Shown here one piece after another: positions 50,261 through 59,170 of a stretch of DNA of 64,000 bases. Source of the stretch: Alphaproteobacteria bacterium. GTDB lineage: Bacteria > Pseudomonadota > Alphaproteobacteria > CALKHQ01. The notes below the pieces were generated by a model. It saw only the letters and a program-made list of their open reading frames with translations. It was not told the DNA's origin and ran no database searches. Numbering within the stretch: the first letter of the stretch is position 1; each line of letters opens with the position of its first letter. Where the stretch lies: NCBI GenBank assembly GCA_965227515.1, contig CBDDFZ010000001.1, positions 2,816,001-2,880,000 of the forward strand, written 5' to 3'. Both the position numbers and the translations under genes were made by a program.

Positions 50261-51347
50261 CCTCCAGATGCAACAGCATGGATAGCCCAAGCAGCATCAC
50301 GATGCCAGCGGGTGCCCAACCGGCGAGCTCAATCGGAATGCGCGCGGAGATTCCCAAGGCCAGAACGATGTCGGTCAGGATATAGAGACCGAAGCTGACG
50401 GTTATGCCGGCGGCGAATATGAAGAACAGGCCGCTGCGGCGTGCGTGCCGCAACGAGAACCCGGCGGCCACCAGCACCATGCCGCAGAGCAGCAGCGGCT
50501 CGGCCACCGAAGCGTGCCAGTGCACCCTGAGCGCGCGGCTGGGGAAACCGGCCAGGTCCAGCAGCTCGGCGTAGCGCTCCAGGTCCCAGAACGACACGGT
50601 CTCGGGGGAGGCCAGGCTGTCTTGCAGCTCGGAGATGGTCAGGCGGGTTGGAAAATCCAGCGTGTCGACCATCTGCGGCAGGGCGCCGGCCTGGTTGACC
50701 GCGACATCGCGCAGTTCCCAGTTGCCCGGCTCGATCACGGCGGACCCTGCGTCCAGCCGCTGCATGAACCTGTCTTCGGAATCCGTCTGGTAGATCAGCA
50801 CCTGATAGAGGGTTGCGTCCTCCGGCGCCCAGGACCCGGCATTGACGATGGCGTAGCCGTCGTCGCGCGCCTCGCGCAGCCAGATGCCGCTCTGCGAAAG
50901 GCTCAGTGTCGACGGATCGCCTTGCATGTAGCGGCGGTCGAGCTCGTCGTAGCGCGCCATCAGCGACGCCGACAACGGGTTGAACACGGTCACCCGGAAC
51001 ACCCCCAGCGCGATCACCGCGGCCATCACCGGCAGCAGGAACTGCCAGGCCGACACGCCCGCGCCGCGCACGATGGTCAGCTCGTTGTTGCGGGTCAGTC
51101 GCCAGAAGCTGCCCATGGCTGCGAACAGAATGCTGAACGGCAGCACCTTCTGCGCGGTGTTCGGCAGCCGCAGCAGCGACATCTCGATCACCAGGCCGAA
51201 GGTGACGTCGTCGCGGTTGGCGCTGCGCCGCAGCAACTCCACCAGGTCCACCAGCAGGATCAGCAGCGACAGCACCAGGAAGACGGCCAGAAACCAGCCC
51301 GCGAACTGGCGCGCGATATAGAGCGCGAATGTGCTGGAAATCCTCAT
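50253..51347 (-). CDS. lptG: LPS export permease LptG
   Basis: LTRNNELTIVRGAGVSAWQ; C-terminal LLHLEDG. Confidence 0.95.
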   Translation of the reverse strand: MRISSTFALYIARQFAGWFLAVFLVLSLLILLVDLVELLRRSANRDDVTFGLVIEMSLLRLPNTAQKVLPFSILFAAMGSFWRLTRNNELTIVRGAGVSAWQFLLPVMAAVIALGVFRVTVFNPLSASLMARYDELDRRYMQGDPSTLSLSQSGIWLREARDDGYAIVNAGSWAPEDATLYQVLIYQTDSEDRFMQRLDAGSAVIEPGNWELRDVAVNQAGALPQMVDTLDFPTRLTISELQDSLASPETVSFWDLERYAELLDLAGFPSRALRVHWHASVAEPLLLCGMVLVAAGFSLRHARRSGLFFIFAAGITVSFGLYILTDIVLALGISARIPIELAGWAPAGIVMLLGLSMLLHLEDG

Positions 51348-52471
51348 GTCGGCGCCATCTCCGCCGTGCGGCGGCGCCTGGGCCGTCTTCGGTTGTGGCG
51401 GTACAGCAGGTAGGCGGCGACCGCGGCCGGCAGCACGACATTGGCGTAGAGCAGGGGATAGGCCGCCGGCTCCGAGCGGGCGACCGACTGCAGGCCGATC
51501 TCCGACAGTTTCAGGGCGCCGACCATCACGCCGGCGGCAACCAGCCGCCATATGCGTGCGCGCCGGTTGAATTCGGTCGCCAGCAGGGTGGCGAGCCCGA
51601 TCATCACGAACGCGACCGGATAAAACGGGGCCGCGATCCGCGCGTGTCCCTCCGCGATCAGCTCATTGCGGTAGACCTCGTCGGCGACCGTCTGCGGCGC
51701 CCGGAACAGTTCATCCAGATTGCGCTCGCGCGGCCCCAGGAACCGGTCGTCCAGCGTCTCGGCCAGCGTGCCCAGGTCCATGGTGTAGGTCTCGAACTCC
51801 AGCGAGGTAACGGTGCCCCGCTCGCGGTCGAACTCCTGGCGCAGCCCGTTGGCCATCAGCACCCGGTGGCCTTCGGCGGTGATCACGAGCTTGCCGCGCT
51901 CCGCCGTGGTGGTGACGGGTTTTTCCGGATCGCGGCTGTCGTGGGCGAAAATGCCGTACAGGTCGCCCTCGGCACTGCGGTCGCGGACATAGACGGTGAT
52001 GCCTTCGTCCACGGTGTTGAACACGCCTTGCTGCAGGATGGACGCGATCTCGCTGCGGAACGAGAACTGAAGCGTCTTGAACGCGCGGTAGCTCATCGGC
52101 AGCAGATAGAAGTTCAGCGCCATCAGGATCACGCAGACACCGCCGGCGAGCAGGAATGCCGGCCGGGCGAGCCGGAAATGGCCGAATCCTGCCGCGCGCA
52201 GCACGACCAGCTCGCTGTCCGACAGCATGCGGTTGTAGACGAACATCACCGCGATGAAGGCGGCTATGGGCAGGATCGCGACCAGCAGCGACGGCATCAG
52301 CAGCAGCACGAAATAGAAGAAGGCGCCGACCGACAGGCCGCGATTGACGATCAGGTCGACGAACCGCAACGACTGGGTCAGCCAGACCGCGAACGTCAGC
52401 ACCAGCGTGATGACGATCAGCGCCAGCACCAGTTGGCGCAGCATGTAACGCGTGGTGTGGGACATCAGCAT
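51344..52471 (-). CDS. lptF: LPS export permease LptF
   Basis: WLTQSLRFVDLIVNRG and DSELVVLRAAG. Confidence 0.95.
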   Translation of the reverse strand: MLMSHTTRYMLRQLVLALIVITLVLTFAVWLTQSLRFVDLIVNRGLSVGAFFYFVLLLMPSLLVAILPIAAFIAVMFVYNRMLSDSELVVLRAAGFGHFRLARPAFLLAGGVCVILMALNFYLLPMSYRAFKTLQFSFRSEIASILQQGVFNTVDEGITVYVRDRSAEGDLYGIFAHDSRDPEKPVTTTAERGKLVITAEGHRVLMANGLRQEFDRERGTVTSLEFETYTMDLGTLAETLDDRFLGPRERNLDELFRAPQTVADEVYRNELIAEGHARIAAPFYPVAFVMIGLATLLATEFNRRARIWRLVAAGVMVGALKLSEIGLQSVARSEPAAYPLLYANVVLPAAVAAYLLYRHNRRRPRRRRTAEMAPT

Positions 52472-52568
52472 CGGATGGCTATTGCCGTGGTGCGGCCATT
52501 CGGCATAGACCGGGCGCCGTTGCGCGCCTGCCCAGTTCACCGGTTTGCGAAGATGCTGATGCCCCGCG

Positions 52569-53960
52569 ATGCTGTTTCATAGTCAGCTCTTCCTGCTGAT
52601 ATTCCTGCCGCTTACCTTCATCGCCTACCGTCTGGCGGCGCGGCTGGAGGACCGCCTGGGCCCGCGGCCGCGCCAGATCGTGCTGCTCGTCGCGTCGCTG
52701 TGCTTCTACGGCTACTGGGACGTTCGCCTGCTGCCGCTGCTGGTGGTGTCGGTGCTCGTCAACTGGTCCGTCGTAGCGCTGACTGTCCGGCATCGGCAAT
52801 GGCTTGTCCCGGCCGCGGTGGTCGCCAATCTGGCGGTGCTGGGCTGGTTCAAGTACGCCAACTTCTTCGCTGACGCCCTGAGCGCCCTTGGCGGCATGGA
52901 CCACCAGCCGTGGAGCATCGCGCTGCCACTGGGTATCAGTTTCTTCACCTTCCAGCAAATCTCCTATCTCGTCGATGTGCGGCGCGGCCAGGCGCCTGCC
53001 TACACGCTGCTGGACTACGCGCTTTACGTCAGTTTCTTCCCGCAACTCATCGCCGGCCCGATCGTCCGTCACGACCAATTGATCCCGCAGTTCGCAACGC
53101 CGGCCCGCGCCCTGGCGGCCGAGCAGGTGGCGCGCGGGCTGACGTGGCTCACCATCGGGCTCTGCAAGAAGGTCTTCCTGGCCGATCCGTTGGGCGACAT
53201 CGCCGATCCGCTGTTCGGCGAGGCGGTGGGCAACGGCTCGCTCACCTTCGCGGAATCGTGGATCGGCGCGTTTGCCTTTGCCGGCCAGATCTATTTCGAC
53301 TTCTCCGGCTATTCGGACATGGCGCTGGGCCTGGCGCTGATGTTCGGCTTCACGCTGCCGCTCAACTTCGACGCACCGTACCGCGCGACATCGATCAGCG
53401 CGTTCTGGCGGCGCTGGCACATGACGCTGATGTCGTTCCTGCGCGACTACGTGTACGTGCCGCTGGGCGGCAGCCGGCGCGGGCGTCTCCGCCTGGTGCG
53501 CAACATCCTGATCGCCTGGTTCCTGAGCGGCCTGTGGCACGGCGCGGGCTGGACCTTCATCGCCTGGGGCCTGGCCCATGGCATCGCGATGGTGGTCGAG
53601 CGGGCGTGGCGCTGGGCTGGCCTTGGCATGCCGGTCGGCCTGGGCTGGCTGCTGACCTTCGTCTTCGCCGTTGCCGCGTTCGTGGTGTTCCGCACGCCAG
53701 ACCTGGGCGACGCGGCGCTGTTCTATGGGCGCATGCTCGGCAGCGACGGCCTGTCGATGGAGGTGCGGGGCGGCGGCCGGCCGATCATCCTGCTGTTGGC
53801 CTATGTCGTGATCCTGACCATGCCGACCAGCCAGCGCCTGGTGCGGCAATGGCTGTGGCCGTCGCCGTGGCTGGCGGCGGTGCTGGGGGTTGCGCTGCTG
53901 GCGGTGGTGATGCAGGTCGGCATCGGCGCCAATGAAGAGTTCATCTACTTCCAGTTCTAG
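52569..53960 (+). CDS. MBOAT O-acyltransferase (AlgI/PatA/DltB-like)
   Basis: LPLGISFFTFQ, YFDFSGYSD, FWRRWH, LWHG and C-terminal FIYFQF. Confidence 0.95.
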   Translation: MLFHSQLFLLIFLPLTFIAYRLAARLEDRLGPRPRQIVLLVASLCFYGYWDVRLLPLLVVSVLVNWSVVALTVRHRQWLVPAAVVANLAVLGWFKYANFFADALSALGGMDHQPWSIALPLGISFFTFQQISYLVDVRRGQAPAYTLLDYALYVSFFPQLIAGPIVRHDQLIPQFATPARALAAEQVARGLTWLTIGLCKKVFLADPLGDIADPLFGEAVGNGSLTFAESWIGAFAFAGQIYFDFSGYSDMALGLALMFGFTLPLNFDAPYRATSISAFWRRWHMTLMSFLRDYVYVPLGGSRRGRLRLVRNILIAWFLSGLWHGAGWTFIAWGLAHGIAMVVERAWRWAGLGMPVGLGWLLTFVFAVAAFVVFRTPDLGDAALFYGRMLGSDGLSMEVRGGGRPIILLLAYVVILTMPTSQRLVRQWLWPSPWLAAVLGVALLAVVMQVGIGANEEFIYFQF

Positions 53961-53976
53961 GAGGATGGGACGCGGC

Positions 53977-55029
53977 ATGCGCTGGGCGCGCTACATCAAG
54001 GTGATGCTGACCACGGCGGTCGGGGCCGGGCTGGGCCTTTACCTGTTCATCGTGCTGAGCGATCCCTATGACCTGTTCGCGTTCTCGCCCGGGGAGGTGC
54101 GCGAGCCGGTGTCGACCAACCAGCGCTTCTCGTTTCCCGCCCTGGCGCGGGCGGAGCGGTTCGACAGCGCGATTGTCGGCACCTCCACCACCCGGTTGCT
54201 GCGGCCGGAGCAACTGGATGCCCTGTTCGACGCGCGGTTCGTCAACCTGTCGATGAACAGCGCGACGGCGTTCGAACAGCGCGAGATGCACCGGCTGTTC
54301 CTGGCCCACCATGCCACGCCGAAGATCGTCATCTACGGCCTGGACGCCACCTGGTGCCAGATGACCGAGGTGCCGCGCCACACCTTCCGGGCGTTTCCGG
54401 CGTGGATGTATGACGACGACCCCTGGAACGACCTCTTCTACCTGTTCAACTTCACCGCACTGGAACAGGCCGGCCGGCAATTCGGCTTCCTGATGGGGTG
54501 GAAGGCGCAGCGCTACGGCCGCGACGGCTACACCAATTTCCTGCCGCCGCCCGAGGAGTACGACCTGGCCCAGGCGCAGCGAAACATCTATGGCCCGGGC
54601 GGGCCGGTGGAGATCGACACCATTTATGCGCGCGGGGAAGCGACAGCCGACGAACTGGCCCAGGCGCGGTTCCCGACTCACGATTGGTTGAGCGAAATGC
54701 TGGCCGCACCGCCGCCGCAGACCCTTCAGATTCTGGTGTTCGTGCCCTATCACGCGGCTAACATCGCGCCGCCCGACAGCCGCGCGGGCGCATTCCTGCA
54801 GGAGTGCAAGCGCAGGATTGCCGCCATGGCGGCAACCCATCCCAACGCCGTGGTGCTGGACTTCATGATCAACAGCGCGGTGACGCGGGTCGACACCAAC
54901 TACTGGGACCGGCTGCATTTCGGCACCCCGATCGCCGATTTGCTGGCCGATGCCATTGCGCGCGCCGTCGACAGCCGTTCCGGCGAGGCCGACCTGTTCG
55001 AGGTGCTCTACCCGAACAGCGGGATTTGA
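53977..55029 (+). CDS. Membrane-anchored SGNH-like protein (putative acyl-transfer partner)
   Basis: N-terminal TM, IVGTS block and C-terminal YWDRLHF (DxxH); start 53965 or 53977. Confidence 0.7.
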   Translation: MRWARYIKVMLTTAVGAGLGLYLFIVLSDPYDLFAFSPGEVREPVSTNQRFSFPALARAERFDSAIVGTSTTRLLRPEQLDALFDARFVNLSMNSATAFEQREMHRLFLAHHATPKIVIYGLDATWCQMTEVPRHTFRAFPAWMYDDDPWNDLFYLFNFTALEQAGRQFGFLMGWKAQRYGRDGYTNFLPPPEEYDLAQAQRNIYGPGGPVEIDTIYARGEATADELAQARFPTHDWLSEMLAAPPPQTLQILVFVPYHAANIAPPDSRAGAFLQECKRRIAAMAATHPNAVVLDFMINSAVTRVDTNYWDRLHFGTPIADLLADAIARAVDSRSGEADLFEVLYPNSGI

Positions 55030-55046
55030 AGCCCTTCGAACACTTG

Positions 55047-55072
55047 TTCACCATCCTTTAACCTCGTGTTAA
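55047..55072. promoter_or_regulatory. CtrA box (TTAA-N7-TTAA) with extra in-phase half site
   Basis: TTCA-CCATCCT-TTAA-CCTCGTG-TTAA. Confidence 0.7.
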
Positions 55073-55170
55073 TCTTATCCTCGCACATCTCCGGTCGGGG
55101 CTGGCGTCATCCAGAAAGACCAGTCTATTGTTAGGTTTGCGTCGATTCGCTCAGAAAAAGGGGTAGCAGG

Positions 55171-55794
55171 ATGCGTTATCTTGGGTTGGCCGCGGTGGCT
55201 GTCGTCATGGTCGGGTGTTCCTCCACGCAGCAGGCAACCGTGTCCACGCCGGAAACAAACGTGCTGCCGGATGACTTCGCTGAGATGATCGGGTTGTTGG
55301 AATCGGACGGCAACTATGAGGTCATCAACCCCTACGGATATCTGGGCAAGTACCAGATGGGCGAATGCGCCCTGATCGATGCCGGCGTCTACATCCCGGA
55401 CGAGACCGGCTGCCGCAGCCAGGACTGGTCGGGGGCGTGGACGGGTGTCCTGGGCGTGCACAGCCTGGATGACTACATGACCACCCCCGACGCGCAGGAA
55501 TATGCCTTCAAGGCGTTCACCCTGGCGAACTGGGAAAACATCAAGACCCGCGGCCTGCACCACTTCGTCGGCCAGACCGTCGGCGGCGTGCATGTCTCGG
55601 CGTCCGGGCTGCTGGCCGGCGCGCATCTTGGCGGCGTTGGCGGCGTGGAGGCGTTCCTGCTCTCCGACGGCGATGAGAACCGGGGCGACGCGAACGGGAC
55701 GCGCATTTCGACCTACATGGCGCTGTTCACGTCCATCAATCCCCCGGCGGAAGTGTCCCGCGACCTGCCGAGCACGGTCATCGGCACCAACTAG
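55171..55794 (+). CDS. Lysozyme-like/transglycosylase-fold lipoprotein
   Basis: Lipobox VMVGC; LESDGNY (catalytic Glu), GKYQ and AGAHLGG. Confidence 0.7.
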   Translation: MRYLGLAAVAVVMVGCSSTQQATVSTPETNVLPDDFAEMIGLLESDGNYEVINPYGYLGKYQMGECALIDAGVYIPDETGCRSQDWSGAWTGVLGVHSLDDYMTTPDAQEYAFKAFTLANWENIKTRGLHHFVGQTVGGVHVSASGLLAGAHLGGVGGVEAFLLSDGDENRGDANGTRISTYMALFTSINPPAEVSRDLPSTVIGTN

Positions 55795-56039
55795 GCCGGG
55801 CTTCGACGCCACACCGGAATTCACATCAGGCAAGTTGGTTGGGAGGCTGATCGCCTCCCAATACGCGCGCTTGGGCGCGCCCACGGCAGCGGCGGGCGAA
55901 AAGCTCACAGGATCAATATCTTGAGTCCTGGCCGCCGCCGCAGTACGTACATGGTCCTATTGACGCGTACGAGCCCCGGAGTCGGGGTGCCGTCGGCAAC
56001 CGGCCGAACACGTCGCCGAACAAGTCATTGGGGCTGCTC

Positions 56040-57539
56040 ATGAAAATCTCCTTTGCCGAACCGAAAGACATCGACAAGGAATGGCTGGCGGTCCCGCTGG
56101 CAAGCGGCGGCTCCCTGGGGCCGGTCGCCGAAGCGTTGGACGCGCGGGCCGGCAACGCCATCTCCCGCGCCATCCAGGTCACCGGATTTGACGGCGCTTC
56201 GGGCAAGGCCCTGAAGATCGTCGCACCAGGCGGCACCGGGTTGGACACGGTGGTCGTCTACGGCATCGGCGACCCGAGCGAGTTGACGACGCTGCAGTTG
56301 GAGCGGGTGGGCGGCGCGATCTGCAGCGAAGCGCTGGGCAGCAAGGCCACGCAGCTCCACGTTGCCGTCGACGGCACGCTGTGCGGCGATATCGAAGCCC
56401 CGGTGGTCGCCGCCGACATCGCCCATGGCATCCACCTGCGCGCGTACGATTTCGACAAGTACCGGACCAAGGACAAGAAGAAGGCCGCCAAGCTCGGCAA
56501 GGTGACCGTGCATGTCGAGCGGTCGTCCAGCGCGCGCAAGGCCTATGCGCCGAAGGCCGCGGTGGGCGAGGCCGTGTACTTCGCCCGCGATCTGGTCAGC
56601 GAGCCGGCGAACGAGCTTTATCCGCGCAGCTATGCCGAGCGCATCTCCAAGGAGCTGTCGCCGCTTGGCGTGACGGTGGAAATCCTGGGCGAGAAGGCGA
56701 TGGCGAAGCTCGGCATGGGCGCGCTCCTGGGGGTCGGCCAGGGTTCGGCCCGCGAGTCCCAGCTCGTGGTGATGGAGTGGAACGGTTCCAAGGGCAAGTC
56801 GCGCCCGAAGAAGCCGTTGGCGTTCATCGGCAAGGGCGTCACCTTCGACACCGGCGGCATCTCGATCAAGCCGTCCGCCGGCATGGAAGACATGAAGTGG
56901 GACATGGGCGGCTCGGCCGCCGTCGTCGGCCTGATGCACGCGCTGGCCGGCCGCAAGGCCAAGGTCAATGCCATCGGCGTCGTCGGCCTGGTGGAGAACA
57001 TGCCCTCGGGCACCGCCCAGCGGCCCGGCGACGTGGTGAAGTCGCTGTCGGGCCAGACCATCGAGGTGCTGAATACCGACGCCGAGGGCCGCCTGGTGCT
57101 GGCCGATGCGCTCTGGTACACGCAGGAAAAGTACAAGCCGCGGTTCATGATCGACCTCGCGACCCTGACCGGCGCCATCATGGTGGCGCTGGGCAAGGAG
57201 AATGCCGGCCTGTTCTGCAACGACGACGCGCTTTGCGACCAGATCCTGCAGGCCGCCGATGCCACCGGCGAGCGGTGCTGGCGCCTGCCGCTGGACGAGG
57301 CCTATGACCGCCTGATCGACGGCGACATCTCCGACGTCAAGAACATCAGCGCCGGGCGTTGGGGCGGCAGCATCACCGCCGCGCAGTTCCTGCAGCGCTT
57401 CACCAACGGCGTGCCGTGGGCGCACCTGGACATCGCCGGCGTGGCCTGGGCCGACAAGCCGACCGGCGTCGGGCCGAAGGGCGCCACGTCGTTCGGCGTG
57501 CGGCTGCTGAACGAGTTCGTGGCCGCGCACTTCGAATAG
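56040..57539 (+). CDS. pepA: Leucyl aminopeptidase
   Basis: GKGVTFDTGG, MKWDMGG and NTDAEGRL. Confidence 0.97.
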   Translation: MKISFAEPKDIDKEWLAVPLASGGSLGPVAEALDARAGNAISRAIQVTGFDGASGKALKIVAPGGTGLDTVVVYGIGDPSELTTLQLERVGGAICSEALGSKATQLHVAVDGTLCGDIEAPVVAADIAHGIHLRAYDFDKYRTKDKKKAAKLGKVTVHVERSSSARKAYAPKAAVGEAVYFARDLVSEPANELYPRSYAERISKELSPLGVTVEILGEKAMAKLGMGALLGVGQGSARESQLVVMEWNGSKGKSRPKKPLAFIGKGVTFDTGGISIKPSAGMEDMKWDMGGSAAVVGLMHALAGRKAKVNAIGVVGLVENMPSGTAQRPGDVVKSLSGQTIEVLNTDAEGRLVLADALWYTQEKYKPRFMIDLATLTGAIMVALGKENAGLFCNDDALCDQILQAADATGERCWRLPLDEAYDRLIDGDISDVKNISAGRWGGSITAAQFLQRFTNGVPWAHLDIAGVAWADKPTGVGPKGATSFGVRLLNEFVAAHFE

Positions 57540-57568
57540 CGCTGGCCGGGACTGCCGAGGCGCGTCGC

Positions 57569-58021
57569 GTGACCGAGGTTCGCTTCTATCATCTGCAACG
57601 CACCACGTTGGAGCGTGCGCTGCCGCGCATGCTGCACCGTACGGTGTTCGATCGCGAGCAGCGTGCCGTGGTGATGGTCGGCTCCACCGAGCGGGCCGAG
57701 GCGCTGAACGCGCACCTGTGGACCTATGACGACCGCAGTTTCCTGCCGCATGGGTCGGCCCGCGACGGCAATGCGGCCGACCATCCGGTCTGGCTGACGC
57801 CTGAGGACGAGAACCCCAACGGGGCGTCGGTGCTGTTCCTCACCGATGGCGCCAGCACCGGCAACGCTGCCGGGTTCGAGATGGTGGTCGAGCTGTTTGA
57901 CGGCGGTAACGAAGAAGCGGTGGCCGGCGCGCGCCAGCGCTGGAAGGCCTACAAGCAGGACGGGCATGCCGTGACCTATTGGCAGCAGGACAATTCCGGC
58001 CGATGGCAGCAACAGGCATGA
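57569..58021 (+). CDS. holC: DNA polymerase III subunit chi
   Basis: EVRFYHL, LWTY...SFLPHG and ARQRWKAYK; GTG start. Confidence 0.95.
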   Translation: MTEVRFYHLQRTTLERALPRMLHRTVFDREQRAVVMVGSTERAEALNAHLWTYDDRSFLPHGSARDGNAADHPVWLTPEDENPNGASVLFLTDGASTGNAAGFEMVVELFDGGNEEAVAGARQRWKAYKQDGHAVTYWQQDNSGRWQQQA

Positions 58022-58055
58022 GGCGGCGCCGAACCAAGGGCGTGTCGGGCCGGCG

Positions 58056-58769
58056 ATGCTGAAGAAGATCATGCGTGCACTGGGCTATGACCTGGTGCCG
58101 CGCGGCGCGCCCGACCCGGCCACCGCCAACCTGGCGGCCCTGCTGGATAGCCACAACGTCGACCTGATCGTCGATGTCGGCGCCAACGAGGGGCAGTACG
58201 CGACGCGCGCGCGCAACGCCGGTTATCGCGGTGGTATCGTGTCGTTCGAGCCGGTGTCGGAGGCCCATGGCAAGCTGAGCGCAGCGGCGCAGGGCGATGC
58301 CAAGTGGACCGTGGCGCCGCGCATGGCCATCGGCGACCGCGACGGCGAGGTCGCCATCAACGTCTCCAACCGCACCGACATGAGCTCGGTGCGCGAGATC
58401 GACCAACGCACGCTTGAGGCGCTGCCGAAATCGTTCATGGTCGGCCAGGAGCAGGTGCCGATGCGCACGCTAGATCACGCCCTGGGCGAGGTCGGGGTGG
58501 CCGGTGACCGCCCGTTCCTGAAGGTCGACACCCAGGGCTACGAGGCGCAGGTGCTGGACGGCGCGCCGGACCTTCTGGGGCGGGTCGTTGGCGTCCAGCT
58601 CGAATTGTCGCTGATCCCGAACTACGAGGGCGAGGCTCTCTATCTCGACTTGCTGAACCGGTTGGCTGGACTGGGGTTCGAGCCGTTCATGGTGCTGCCG
58701 GGCTTCTTCAGCCGCACCCTTGGCCGCCAGCTCCAGTTCGACGTCGTCGCGATGCGGCCCGAGTCCTGA
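58056..58769 (+). CDS. FkbM family methyltransferase
   Basis: DVGANEG, SFEP and LKVDTQGYE. Confidence 0.93.
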   Translation: MLKKIMRALGYDLVPRGAPDPATANLAALLDSHNVDLIVDVGANEGQYATRARNAGYRGGIVSFEPVSEAHGKLSAAAQGDAKWTVAPRMAIGDRDGEVAINVSNRTDMSSVREIDQRTLEALPKSFMVGQEQVPMRTLDHALGEVGVAGDRPFLKVDTQGYEAQVLDGAPDLLGRVVGVQLELSLIPNYEGEALYLDLLNRLAGLGFEPFMVLPGFFSRTLGRQLQFDVVAMRPES

Positions 58770-58833
58770 CTCACCAGACACCCTCGGCCTGGTGCCCACG
58801 GCATTCGCATATCTCTGCGGGTTGGCTGCACTT

Positions 58834-59064
58834 CCCCTCTCCCAGCGGCACGCTCGGGAGAGGGAGGGGCCCGCGAACCGCAGGTTTGCGGGAGGGTGAG
58901 GGCCTGGGATTCGATGCCCGCATCTTCACGGCCTTGCAGCCAAGGCCGTCGTCAACTTGCCATCGGTACTTTGAACGCGCGACCGATCGCGCCGCGCCCC
59001 TCACCTTCCCAGCCTGCGGCTGGGCCCCTTCCTCTCCCGCACCGCTCCGCGGCGGGGCGAGGAG
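58834..59064. repeat. CCCTCTCCC/GGGAGAGGG-type REP doublet
   Basis: CCCCTCTCCC...GGGAGAGGG...GGGTGAGGG (58834-58902) inverted with CCCTCACC...CCTCTCCC...GGGCGAGGAG (58998-59064). Confidence 0.8.
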
Positions 59065-59101
59065 ATTCAAGCCGGCGCTGTTCAAGTGTGAGAATCTTGA
59101 A

Positions 59102-59122
59102 GCCACAAGGGCGAGGACGACA
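59102..59122. repeat. Truncated REP identical to 23850-23870
   Basis: GCCACAAGGGCGAGGACGACA, 21/21. Confidence 0.8.
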
Positions 59123-59170
59123 ATTGAGGTGGTGGGTGCGAGTTCGACGCGCGTGTCGCGGCAGCGCCGC

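Noticed and set aside
58056-58769. FkbM methyltransferase after holC as part of a novel system
   Set aside because: Common stand-alone accessory gene with host-like composition and no linked partners
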